The notes: a model not told the origin generated them from the sequence alone. 64,000 nt of DNA from Thermoleophilia bacterium (GCA_046330395.1 JAXLSS010000008.1:40618-104617); one strand, 5' to 3'; shown: positions 29,822 through 38,962, counted from the first letter of the stretch. A program made the numbers and translations.

Positions 29822-31066
29822 GTGCCCCCACACGCACCCACCTGCCGGTTCTGCGCCGCACCGCTCACGCGCACCGTGGTGGACCTGGGGATGTCCCCGC
29901 TGTGCGAGTCGTTCCTGCTGCCCGAGCAGACCAACGGGATGGAGCCGTTCTACCCGCTGCACGTGCGGGTGTGCGACGCCTGCCACCTGGTGCAGCTGGA
30001 GGAATACGTCTCGGGTGTGGAGATCTTCGGCGGTGAGTACGCCTACTTCTCCAGCTACTCCGACAGCTGGGTGGCCCACGCCAAGCGCTACGCCGAGCGC
30101 CGCATCGAGATGATGCGCCTGGGCCCGGGGTCACTGGTGGTGGAGGTGGCCAGCAACGACGGCTACCTGCTGCAGCACTTCGTGGCGGCCGGGGTGCCGG
30201 TGCTGGGCATCGAGCCCGCCCAGAACGTGGCGGTGGCCGCGGTGGAGCGCGGCGTGCCCACCGAGGTGGCCTTCTTCGGCACCGAGACCGCCCGGCGGCT
30301 GGTGGACATGGGGTACCGCCCCGACCTGATGGTGGCCAACAACGTGCTGGCCCACGTGCCCGACATCAACGACTTCGTGGCCGGCTTCGCCATCATGCTG
30401 GCGCCCGGGGGGCAGGCCACATTCGAGTTCCCGCACCTCATGCGGCTGGTGGACGAGGTGCAGTACGACACCATCTACCACGAGCACTACTCGTATCTGT
30501 CCCTCACGGTGGTGCGGCGCATCATGTCCGCGCACGGCCTGGAGGTGGTGGACGTGGAGGAGCTGCCCACCCACGGGGGCTCCCTGCGCGTCACGGTGGG
30601 GCACAGCGGCGTGCACCCCATCCAGCCCGCCGTGATCGAGCTGGCCGAGCTGGAGGAGGCCGACGGCTACCTCACACCTGCGCCGTACGAGCGCTTCGGC
30701 GACTCGGTGGCCTCCAGCAAGCGGGCCCTGTTGCGCTACCTCATCGACGCCCGCGACCAGGGCCTGCAGGTGGCCGCCTACGGGGCACCGGGCAAGGGCA
30801 ACACGCTGCTGAACTACTGCGGCATCCGCGGCGACCTGGTGGCCTACGCGGTGGACCGCAACCCCTACAAGCACGGCCGGGTCACGCCGGGCACCCACAT
30901 CCCCATCTTCCCGCCGGAGCACCTGGAGGCCACCCGGCCGGATGTGATCCTGATCCTGCCCTGGAACCTGCGCACCGAGATCTCCGCCCAGCTGGCGTAC
31001 ACCGCCGAGTGGGGGGCGCGGCTGATCGTGCCGGTGCCCACCACCCAGGAGGTGGTGCGCCGGTGA
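29822..31066 (+). CDS. NDP-hexose C-methyltransferase (class I SAM MTase with N-terminal Cys4 zinc-ribbon and C-terminal C-methyltransferase domains)
   Basis: CRFCAAPL...CESF...CDACHLVQL zinc ribbon, YAYFSSYSDSW, VVEVASNDGYLL SAM motif, ANNVLAHVPD, and YHEHYSYLS...THGGSLR, typical of TylC3-type enzymes. Confidence 0.8.
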   Translation: MPPHAPTCRFCAAPLTRTVVDLGMSPLCESFLLPEQTNGMEPFYPLHVRVCDACHLVQLEEYVSGVEIFGGEYAYFSSYSDSWVAHAKRYAERRIEMMRLGPGSLVVEVASNDGYLLQHFVAAGVPVLGIEPAQNVAVAAVERGVPTEVAFFGTETARRLVDMGYRPDLMVANNVLAHVPDINDFVAGFAIMLAPGGQATFEFPHLMRLVDEVQYDTIYHEHYSYLSLTVVRRIMSAHGLEVVDVEELPTHGGSLRVTVGHSGVHPIQPAVIELAELEEADGYLTPAPYERFGDSVASSKRALLRYLIDARDQGLQVAAYGAPGKGNTLLNYCGIRGDLVAYAVDRNPYKHGRVTPGTHIPIFPPEHLEATRPDVILILPWNLRTEISAQLAYTAEWGARLIVPVPTTQEVVRR

Positions 31067-31860
31067 AGGTGGTGCTGTTCTGCGGCGGGAAGGGCCTGCG
31101 GATGCGCGAGGCCTCGCGCCGCATCCCCAAACCCATGATCCGCATCGGCGACCGGCCCGTGCTGTGGCACGTGATGAAGTACTTCGCCCACCACGGCCAC
31201 ACCGAGTTCATCCTGTGCCTGGGCCACAAGCAGGAGGCCATCAAGGAGTACTTCCTCTCCTACAACGAGGCCCTGTCCAACGACTTCGTGCTGTCCGGCG
31301 GGGGCACCCGCGTGCGCCTGCTCAACGAGGACATCGCCGACTGGCGCATCACGTTCGTGGACACCGGCTACTCGGCCAACGTGGGCGAGCGGCTGCGGCG
31401 TGTGCGCGAGCACATCGGCCGCGACGAGTACTTCCTGGCCAACTACGGGGACGTGCTCACCGACGCCCCGCTGGACCGCATGATCGGCCACGCCCTGTCG
31501 CGGGTGAACATCGCCAGCTTCCTCATGGTGCGCCCCAGCTACACGTTCCACACCGTCACCGCCGACGAGGACGGGCGCGTGTCGGCCGTGAAGGACGTGG
31601 TGGAGTCGGACCTGTGGGTCAACGGCGGCTACTTCGTCCTGAACCGGCGCATCTTCGACTACATGGAGCCCGGTGAGGAGCTGGTGACCGACGTGTTCGC
31701 CAAGCTGGTGCGCGACGGGCAGCTCAGCGCCTGGCGTCACGAGGGCTTCTGGGCCCCCATGGACACCCTCAAGGAGCAGCAGGAGCTGGAGGCCCTGGTG
31801 GAGGCGGGGGGAGGCCCGTGGCGCGTGTGGGAGCGCGGCCGCACCGGGACCCGCGGATGA
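31063..31860 (+). CDS. rfbF: glucose-1-phosphate cytidylyltransferase
   Basis: GTG 31063 overlaps the upstream stop (GTGA). VKVVLFCGGKGLRMRE...IPKPMIRIGDRPVLWHVMKYFAHHG...WAPMDTLKE are RfbF hallmarks. Confidence 0.9.
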   Translation: MKVVLFCGGKGLRMREASRRIPKPMIRIGDRPVLWHVMKYFAHHGHTEFILCLGHKQEAIKEYFLSYNEALSNDFVLSGGGTRVRLLNEDIADWRITFVDTGYSANVGERLRRVREHIGRDEYFLANYGDVLTDAPLDRMIGHALSRVNIASFLMVRPSYTFHTVTADEDGRVSAVKDVVESDLWVNGGYFVLNRRIFDYMEPGEELVTDVFAKLVRDGQLSAWRHEGFWAPMDTLKEQQELEALVEAGGGPWRVWERGRTGTRG

Positions 31861-32504
31861 GCACCTTCACGGCCGGGCGCATCGAGCGCCTGGTGGCCAT
31901 CGGGGCGCACAGCGACGACATCGAGATCGGCTGCGGCGCCACCCTGCGGGCCATCGCCGACGCCCACCCGGAGTGCCGCATGGTGTGGGTGGTGCTCACC
32001 GGCGACGCCGAGCGCCAGTGGGAGGCGCGTGAGAGCGCCGAGGCCATGTTCCCCGGGCGGCCGCCCACCATGGTGTTCGGCGGCATGCGGGACGGCCACC
32101 TGCCGTACGCCCACGCCACCGAGGCGAAGGAGCTGGTGCACCGCGTGCGCGACGAGCACGGCGCCGACCTGGTGTTCACCCACCACCGCGCCGACATGCA
32201 CCAGGACCACCGGCTGTGCGGTGACCTGGCCCACCAGGCGTTCCGCGGCGTGGCGGTGCTGGAGTACGAGATCCCGAAGTGGGACGGCGACCTCACCACG
32301 CCCAACCTGCTGGTGCCCGTGTCACCCGATGCCGCGCGTGGCAAGGTTGACCACCTCATGCGGCACTTCGCCTCACAGCGCGGGAAGGGGTGGTTCACCC
32401 CCGACCTCTTCATCGGGCTGATGCGCCTGCGGGGTGTGGAGGCCGCGGCGGCCTCCGGCTTCGCCGAGGGCTTCCACGCCCGCAAGCTCGTCTGGGCGCC
32501 GTGA
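31857..32504 (+). CDS. PIG-L/LmbE family deacetylase
   Basis: ATG 31857 overlaps the rfbF stop (ATGA). AIGAHSDDIEIGCG and HQDH motifs of the PIG-L zinc site. Confidence 0.85.
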   Translation: MSTFTAGRIERLVAIGAHSDDIEIGCGATLRAIADAHPECRMVWVVLTGDAERQWEARESAEAMFPGRPPTMVFGGMRDGHLPYAHATEAKELVHRVRDEHGADLVFTHHRADMHQDHRLCGDLAHQAFRGVAVLEYEIPKWDGDLTTPNLLVPVSPDAARGKVDHLMRHFASQRGKGWFTPDLFIGLMRLRGVEAAAASGFAEGFHARKLVWAP

Positions 32505-34043
32505 GCCGCGAGTCGTTCAGGCAGTCGCTGGGCAACGGCCTGCTCAGCTTCGGGGTGGTGGCCCTGATCGGGCTGGTGGGCAGCGTGGTGATCGCCCGCA
32601 TCTACGGCGTCACCGTGATCGGCCAGTACGCCCTCACCCTGGCGCCGGTGGGTGTGCTGACCTACCTGTCCACGGTGCAGGAGCAGGCGGCCCTCATCCG
32701 CGAGCTGTCGGTGCTGGAGCCGCGCGACGAGCGCGTCACCGGGCTGAGCGCCGCGGTGTTCGGCTTCTCGTTTCTGCTGACGGCCCTGGCGGCGGTGATC
32801 GTGGCCGTCGGGAGCGCCTGGGTGCTGCGCGGGCCGTCCGACAACCCGGGCCTGGTGGCGCCCATGATCGGGCAGCTGGTCGGGTACGTGCTGGTGACCA
32901 ACACCTGCTGGAACGTGGACAGCGTGCTCAACGCGTTCCGGTCGGGGCGCAGGTTGTTCTGGGTGCGCCTGGTGCAGGCCACCTCCTTCCTGGCCATCGC
33001 GGTGGTGCTGGGCATCCTGGACGGCACGGTGTGGGGCCTGGTGTGGGCCACCGTGGGCTCATGGGCGGTCTCGCTGGTGCCCCGCGTGCGGGCGCTCAGC
33101 ACCGTGATGCGATGGCGCGTGCCGCGGCAGTCGATGCGCGACGGCCTGGCGGCGCTCCCGCGCATGGTGGCCTTCGGCGTGCGCGCCGCTCCGGGCGGGA
33201 TCATCGTGGGCGTCAACGCCGAGGCCGGCGTGTGGATCCTGGGCGTCACCTCACCGCCGCCGGCACCCGCCGTGGGCGCCTGGAACCGCGCCCGCCAGCT
33301 GGGTGACCGCGTGCGCGAGGGCACCATCCGCCTCAACGAGGTGCTGCTGCCCACCCTGGTGGAGCGCCGCCAGCAGGGCGACGCCGAGGGCCACGACCGC
33401 GCATGGGCCGACTCGGTGCGCTACGTGCTGGCGGCCATGCTGCTGGTGGCCGCCGTCGGCGGCGGCGCGGCGCGCGGCATCATGCACGTGTTCGGGCCGG
33501 GCTTCTCCGAGGGCACCACCGCCCTGGCCCTCATCCTGGTGTACCAGGCGCTGCAGGCGGTGGACAGCCTGCACGTGACGGCGCTGTACGCCGCCAACCG
33601 GCCGACGCTCACCACCGTGGCGGCGCTGGTGAGCATGGTGGTGGGCGTGGGAGTGGCCATCCCGGCGGCCATGGCCTGGGGGCCCACCGGGCCGGCGCTG
33701 GGCCTGGTGCTGGGCATCTTCAGCAGCACCTGCGTGATGCACCCGGTGGTGCGGGGCATGTTGAGCACGCCCCTGACGCAGCTGTTCAGCGTGCGGCAAC
33801 TGATGGCCATCGCGGCCGGCTATGCCGCGGGCTTCCTGTCCTCGCGCGGCCTGGACCGGCTGTTCAACGGCTATGTGGGCACGGCGGTGGCCATCGGCGT
33901 GGGGGCCGTGGCGTACCCTGGCGGCGTTCCTGGCGGTGGGGGGTCTCGGCCCCCGGGACCGCGACCGGCTGGCCGTCCTGCGCGACCGGCTCAGCCCGGC
34001 GCTGCGGCGTGCGGGGCGGCGTCCCGGGGCGTCCCCGTCCTGA
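32501..34043 (+). CDS. Wzx-like flippase (MOP/polysaccharide biosynthesis protein), one frameshift near 33915
   Basis: GTG 32501 overlaps the PIG-L stop. About 12-14 hydrophobic segments. After GVGAVAY an extra C in taccctgg shifts the frame; the corrected C-terminus LAAFLAVGGLGPRDRDRLAVLRDRL stops at 34043. Confidence 0.75.
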
Positions 34044-35148
34044 GCAGCGCGGCGGCGCGGCGGTAGGCCACGTCCGCCAGCGCCACCTGGCGGTCGGCAT
34101 CGCGCTGCAGCGCGGCGGCCATCTCGGGCGCCCCACGCCACGCCTCGTCGATGGCACCGGCCAGCTGTGCGCCCGCGTCCGCCGCCGTGAGCGCCACCAC
34201 CCGGCAGCCGCCGGGGAACAGGTCGGCCAGGCCGGCGAACTTGAGGCGGTAGTACTCGGAGGCGGCGCCGCACACCACCGGCACGCCACGGGCCAGGGCG
34301 AACACGGCCAGGTGGTACGTGGTGGTGACCACCACGCGGCACCGGTCCAGGCGCCGCATCGCCCAGGCGGGATCCGCGTCGCCCGCGGGCGCCTCGTCCA
34401 CGTGGGGGAATCCCCGGGTGAGGGTGGCGGTGCCGGGCCGGTCGTCGTCCCACTCCGACACGGGGATGGCCACCAGCGGCGCAGCGTGGCGAGTGGCTGC
34501 GGCCTGCACGGCCTCCCGCAGGAGCTCCGTGTCGCGGTCACCTGTGCGCAGGTACGCGGCCAGCCGGTGGTTGACGCCGATGCCGGCGCCCCGGGGGCCC
34601 TCGGCGGGCACCGCACGGGCCAGGCGCACCGCGTCGTCGCCGGTCACCTCCACGGCGTCGGCGGGCACGCCCAGGCGGGCCAGGATGGCCGGTCCCTCGC
34701 GTCCCTCGCGCAGGGCGATCATGCGCACCCCCGGCAGCGCCCTGCGGGCCAGCTCCACCAGCTCGGGGTCGTCCAGGGGCCCGATGCCCTGGCCGAACAT
34801 CACCACCGGCGTGCCGAGGGCCTGGGCCTCCAGGACGGTGCCCAGCACCCGCCGGGTCTGGTCCGGGTCGGCGTCGGTGAGGTAGCCGCCGCCCACGCAC
34901 ACCAGCGCGTCCACAGACGCCACCGGCGGCGGTCCCGACCGCCGGAAGCGGCTCAGGCGGCCGCCGGGGGCCGTGCGGACGGGCGTGGCGTCGGGCAACA
35001 GGCGGGCCAGCGTCCCGGGGTCCCCGGTCATCACGTCCAGCCGGGCCTGGGGCCACATCTCCCGCAGCCGCTGCGCGGTGACCATGAGCATGGCCGCATC
35101 ACCGCGATTGCGGTGCTGATGCTCACCATGTTCAAGCAGGAACCTCAC
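33991..35148 (-). CDS. polysaccharide pyruvyl transferase family protein
   Basis: 385 aa. HQHRNRGDAAML N-terminus, VCVGGGYL, MFGQGIGPL and VVTTTYHLAVFALARGVPVV blocks are typical of the CsaB/WcaK family. Confidence 0.8.
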   Translation of the reverse strand: MRFLLEHGEHQHRNRGDAAMLMVTAQRLREMWPQARLDVMTGDPGTLARLLPDATPVRTAPGGRLSRFRRSGPPPVASVDALVCVGGGYLTDADPDQTRRVLGTVLEAQALGTPVVMFGQGIGPLDDPELVELARRALPGVRMIALREGREGPAILARLGVPADAVEVTGDDAVRLARAVPAEGPRGAGIGVNHRLAAYLRTGDRDTELLREAVQAAATRHAAPLVAIPVSEWDDDRPGTATLTRGFPHVDEAPAGDADPAWAMRRLDRCRVVVTTTYHLAVFALARGVPVVCGAASEYYRLKFAGLADLFPGGCRVVALTAADAGAQLAGAIDEAWRGAPEMAAALQRDADRQVALADVAYRRAAALLRTGTPRDAAPHAAAPG

Positions 35149-35226
35149 TGAACCTCACGATAGAGGGGCGTGGCGCCGCCGACCACCCGCCGACCGGCTA
35201 GTGATGCCGCCGGTTAGCCTGTCGGG

Positions 35227-35919
35227 ATGACCGAGCCCACATCACTGTCGGAGCGGCTGGTGGCCCACATGGTGTCCCAGCGGCCCGAGCTTGAGCGGTT
35301 GATGGAACAGGAGGGGTCCCGCGCCCTCCACGAGGAGTTCATCCTGGCCGAGGGCGGCACGCTGCCCGACCGCCAGTCCCGCCTGACCCGCGCCCGCCAG
35401 GTGGGCGCGCGCGCCTGGCTGCGCCACCTGGCCGCCGCGGTGGCGACCGAGTGGGGCCAGGGGCCACCCGACCTGCAACCCCGCCTGGAACGCTGGGTGA
35501 GCGCCAACCCCGAACGCCTGGAGGCGCTGGAGCTGGAGGAGCAGGCCGCCGTGGAACGCGAGGGCCTGGCCGGCGACGCCGACATCGACGCGCGCCGCGT
35601 GACCCTGGGCGCGTACATGCGCCTGTTCGCCGAGGGCCTCGGGGACATCGCCGGGCCCGTCGCCGGGGACGGCCCCGACCTGGGCCGGCGCGTGGCGGCG
35701 TACCTGCGGCGCGAGAGCGCGTTCCGGCGTCAGGTGGAGCGCGAGTCGTTCGCCGCCTGGACCGGCAGCCCCATGGAGGGCCTTCTGGAGGAGGCCCGCG
35801 TCAGCGCCGCCCCGCCCGAGCCGGGCACGCTGCGCATCATGGAGGCGGCCGCCGTGTGGTCGTACGTGCGGGTCACCGCAGACGCGCTGCAGGAGTGCCT
35901 GCCGGGGGCGGTCGGGTGA
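35227..35919 (+). CDS. hypothetical protein (acidic, helical)
   Basis: 230-aa ORF with protein-like composition and a translationally coupled downstream gene. No motif recognised. Confidence 0.5.
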   Translation: MTEPTSLSERLVAHMVSQRPELERLMEQEGSRALHEEFILAEGGTLPDRQSRLTRARQVGARAWLRHLAAAVATEWGQGPPDLQPRLERWVSANPERLEALELEEQAAVEREGLAGDADIDARRVTLGAYMRLFAEGLGDIAGPVAGDGPDLGRRVAAYLRRESAFRRQVERESFAAWTGSPMEGLLEEARVSAAPPEPGTLRIMEAAAVWSYVRVTADALQECLPGAVG

Positions 35920-36557
35920 GCGGCGCCCGCCTGGTGGACGTGGCGCCGTGGTGCGTGGGGTGGGTGGCGCCCACGCCGGAGTACATGCACCGCACCTCTC
36001 ACGCCGTGCTGGCGGGGGGTGGGGTGTGGTACCTCGACCCCGTCGACGACGCGGCGGCGCTGGAGGCCGCGGCGCGGCTGGGCCCGCCGGCCGGCGTGGT
36101 GCAGATGCTCGACCGCCACGGCCGCGACTGCGCCGCCCTGGCCCAGCGGCTGGGCGTGCCCCTGCACGTGCTGCCCTCAACCGCCCCCGCCGGCGCGCCG
36201 TTCGAGGTGCTGCCGGTGGTGGACGCGCCCCGCCTGCGCTGGCGGGAGGTGGCGCTGTGGTTCCCGGAGCATCGGGCCCTGGCGGTGGCCGAGGCCGTCG
36301 GCACCGCGCCCTACTTCACCGCGCCCGGCGCCACCGTGGGGCCGCACCCGGTGCTGCGCCTGGTGGCACCGCCCCGGGTGCTCCTGGGCCGCTCGGCCGA
36401 GCACCTGCTGGTGGGCCACGGCCCGGGGCTGCACGGTCCCGACACCGGCCGGGAGATGGACGCCCAGATCAGCGGCGCCCGCCGGGCCATCCCCGCCTGG
36501 TCAGTTGCGCTGTCCCTCATGGCGCTGGGCCGGCTGGGCGGTCAGGCCGCGGGCTGA
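35916..36557 (+). CDS. hypothetical protein, possibly a degenerate metallo-beta-lactamase fold
   Basis: GTG 35916 overlaps the upstream stop (GTGA). HRTSHAVLAGGGVWYLDP...VVQMLDRHGRDCAALAQRLGVPLHV resembles the MBL layout, but HxHxDH is replaced by LDRHGRDC. The fold call is weak. Confidence 0.45.
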   Translation: MSGARLVDVAPWCVGWVAPTPEYMHRTSHAVLAGGGVWYLDPVDDAAALEAAARLGPPAGVVQMLDRHGRDCAALAQRLGVPLHVLPSTAPAGAPFEVLPVVDAPRLRWREVALWFPEHRALAVAEAVGTAPYFTAPGATVGPHPVLRLVAPPRVLLGRSAEHLLVGHGPGLHGPDTGREMDAQISGARRAIPAWSVALSLMALGRLGGQAAG

Positions 36558-37591
36558 TCCGACGGCCGGGCGGCGGCCTCCCAGGCCAGCATCACGCGGT
36601 TCTTGCCGGCGTGCTTGGCCGCGTACAGCGCGGTGTCGGCATCCTTCAGCATGGTGGTGGGGCCATCGGAGATGTCCGGGAAGGCGGTGACGCCGGCGCT
36701 GAAGGTGACCCCCGCGTCGTCGCGCATGCCGGCGAGCATGCGCTGCACCACGTGCCTGGCGTCGGAGGCGGTGGTGTCGGGGAACAGGATCACGAACTCC
36801 TCGCCCCCGAACCGGGCGGGCGTGTCACCGCGGCGCAGCTCGTGCCGGATGCGCGCCGCCAGGGCCACCAGCACCGCGTCACCCTCCGCGTGCCCCCGCG
36901 TGTCGTTGATGGCCTTGAAGTCGTCCAGGTCCAGCAGCGCCAGGGCCACCGAGGTGCCGCCGCGCCGGGCCCGCGCCACCTCGGTCTCCACGGCCTGCTC
37001 GAACGCCGCGCGGTTGCCCAGCTTGGTGAGCGGGTCGGTCACGGCCTCCAGCTCGGCCCTGGCCAGCGCCTGCAGCGCCGACTGCTGACGGGCGGCCACC
37101 ACGCCGCCCTGCACCGGGATCAGCGCGATCATGGCCGCGGCGAACAGCCCGGTCTGCAGGGGCGACATGTGCACGCTGCTGGAGGGGTCCCACACGGCGG
37201 CCACCACCAGGAAGGCCGCGGCCACCGCGCTGAGCATCAGCCCCACGCCCACGCCGATCCAGATGCTGGCCATCACCACCGTGCAGCACCAGATCAGGGT
37301 GGCGGGGCTGCGCACGCCGCCGGTCACCAGCACCCCGGCGCCAACCGCCAGCACCTCGATCAGCATGGTGCCGGTGGCCAGCAGCGGGGTCACCGGCGCC
37401 CCGCGCCGCAGGTGCGCCCAGTAGGCCCCCACGTTCACCAGGGCGGCCAGCACCAGCAGCGCCGCCACGATGGCCACGTGCGGCGTGCGCAGCCACATCA
37501 CGAACGCCCCCACCACCACGATCACGGCAAGCCGAGCCGCGATGATCACCTCGGCCCCCAGCCGGAGGTCGAAGTGCGGGTGGCGGTGCAT
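36542..37591 (-). CDS. membrane-bound diguanylate cyclase (GGDEF)
   Basis: ATG 37591. About 6 TM segments, then DPLTKLGNR...LLDLDDFKAINDTRGHAEGD...RFGGEEFVILF (GGEEF active site). The upstream part of ORF 36542..38029 was trimmed. Confidence 0.85.
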   Translation of the reverse strand: MHRHPHFDLRLGAEVIIAARLAVIVVVGAFVMWLRTPHVAIVAALLVLAALVNVGAYWAHLRRGAPVTPLLATGTMLIEVLAVGAGVLVTGGVRSPATLIWCCTVVMASIWIGVGVGLMLSAVAAAFLVVAAVWDPSSSVHMSPLQTGLFAAAMIALIPVQGGVVAARQQSALQALARAELEAVTDPLTKLGNRAAFEQAVETEVARARRGGTSVALALLDLDDFKAINDTRGHAEGDAVLVALAARIRHELRRGDTPARFGGEEFVILFPDTTASDARHVVQRMLAGMRDDAGVTFSAGVTAFPDISDGPTTMLKDADTALYAAKHAGKNRVMLAWEAAARPSDQPAA

Positions 37592-37653
37592 CGGTGCTCC
37601 ACGGTGAAGCCGGCGCCACAGTGGCTGTCGCGTCGTCACCGCGGTGCGCCTCC

Positions 37654-38145
37654 TCAGCCGCGCCCGTCCGCCGCGATCTCCTGCGACACGGCCACCGCGC
37701 AGCGGCCCGTGCCGGCGCACACCTCGCACTCGTCCGCACGCCCCTCCACGTGCTGCAGGCAGTGCTCCACCCGCGAGGCCACCACGCGGGCCATCAGCGG
37801 GTGCAGCCCCAGGGGGGCGGTCACCAGGAAGGGCACGTCCGGGTGCGCCCGCGCGGCCTCCCGGGTGAGCTCGGGGATGTCCTGGTTCCAGTGGCGTCCC
37901 GGCAGCAGGAAGTACGGGCTCACCACCACCATCCGCGCTCCGCGCTGCACGCAGCGGTCGAAGGCGGTGGCGATGCTGGGCTCGGCCAGCTCCATATGAG
38001 CGGGCTCCACGATGCCGTAGTCCACGCACTCGGCCACCATGCGGGCCATGACCTCCAGCATCTCGTTGGAGGCCTCACGCCGTGAGCCGTGGTCCACCAC
38101 GATGAGGCCGATCTGGGTGGGGTCGGGCGGTTGCATGCGGGCCAT
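37654..38145 (-). CDS. cbiX: CbiX/SirB-type sirohydrochlorin chelatase (short form) with Cys-rich tail
   Basis: GLIVVDHGSRREASN, VEPAHMELAEPSI, VVVSPYFLLPGRHW blocks, and a C-terminal CLQHVEGRADECEVCAGTGRC. Start at ATG 38145 or 38136. Confidence 0.72.
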   Translation of the reverse strand: MARMQPPDPTQIGLIVVDHGSRREASNEMLEVMARMVAECVDYGIVEPAHMELAEPSIATAFDRCVQRGARMVVVSPYFLLPGRHWNQDIPELTREAARAHPDVPFLVTAPLGLHPLMARVVASRVEHCLQHVEGRADECEVCAGTGRCAVAVSQEIAADGRG

Positions 38146-38962
38146 CCTACGCGCCGACCGGCAGATCGCGGCCGGTGTACGATCGAACCCGTATCCCCAC
38201 CAACCACGGAGCGTCCGCATCCAGTACAGCGACCCCTACCGTCTCGGGAGCCTCGGCGATGTGGTGCAGCTGCTCGTGGACGGCTGGCAGATCGACCACC
38301 TTCACTATGCGGACCGGTGCGGGTTGTCCGGGGGAGGGGAGCGCCCCGCGGCGTTCATCGGCCTCGTGCGCGCCGAGCACCGCGAGTTCCTGTACGTGGT
38401 GGACGATGGTCGCGCGATGTCGCACCGCAGTCTCGTGATGCTGTTCCGCGAGCACCCGCACGTGTGGAAGCACCGCACCGCCCCGGACGTGGCCGCGTTC
38501 AGCGTGCCGGAGTCGCCGCCGGCCCCGCCGGCCCAGTGGAGCTCCGGTGTGCGTGAGCCGTTCCCCGAGTCGATGGTGATGTGCCCCACCACCCTGCGGG
38601 GGGTGCTGGCGGTGAACCAGACCCAGTCGATGGACGGCGTCACCGTGGCGGTGACCAGCATCGAGCGCTTCGACGACGGCTGCCGCGCGCACTACCTGTG
38701 CCACGCACCGCAGCTCACCTTCGCCAGCGAGGCGGTGGCGCTGGACGCCATCGTGGTGGACGACGCCGCCCGGATGTACCGGGTGGCCCCACTGCATCAG
38801 CGCCTGCGCGGGCCCCGCATCGAGGGGTCGCTGGCCATCGGCCCGGCGCTGCCGCAGGACACCGGGCAGCTCACGCTCACCATCGGGGCCATCGGCCCGG
38901 GCGTTGACGGGCGGCAGGCCACCGGGCCGTGGGTGTTCCCGGTGCCACTTGAACCCTCCTGA
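38135..38962 (+). CDS. hypothetical protein
   Basis: Open frame with plausible composition. The only canonical start clear of most of cbiX is ATG 38135. No recognisable domain. Confidence 0.4.
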   Translation: MRAILRADRQIAAGVRSNPYPHQPRSVRIQYSDPYRLGSLGDVVQLLVDGWQIDHLHYADRCGLSGGGERPAAFIGLVRAEHREFLYVVDDGRAMSHRSLVMLFREHPHVWKHRTAPDVAAFSVPESPPAPPAQWSSGVREPFPESMVMCPTTLRGVLAVNQTQSMDGVTVAVTSIERFDDGCRAHYLCHAPQLTFASEAVALDAIVVDDAARMYRVAPLHQRLRGPRIEGSLAIGPALPQDTGQLTLTIGAIGPGVDGRQATGPWVFPVPLEPS

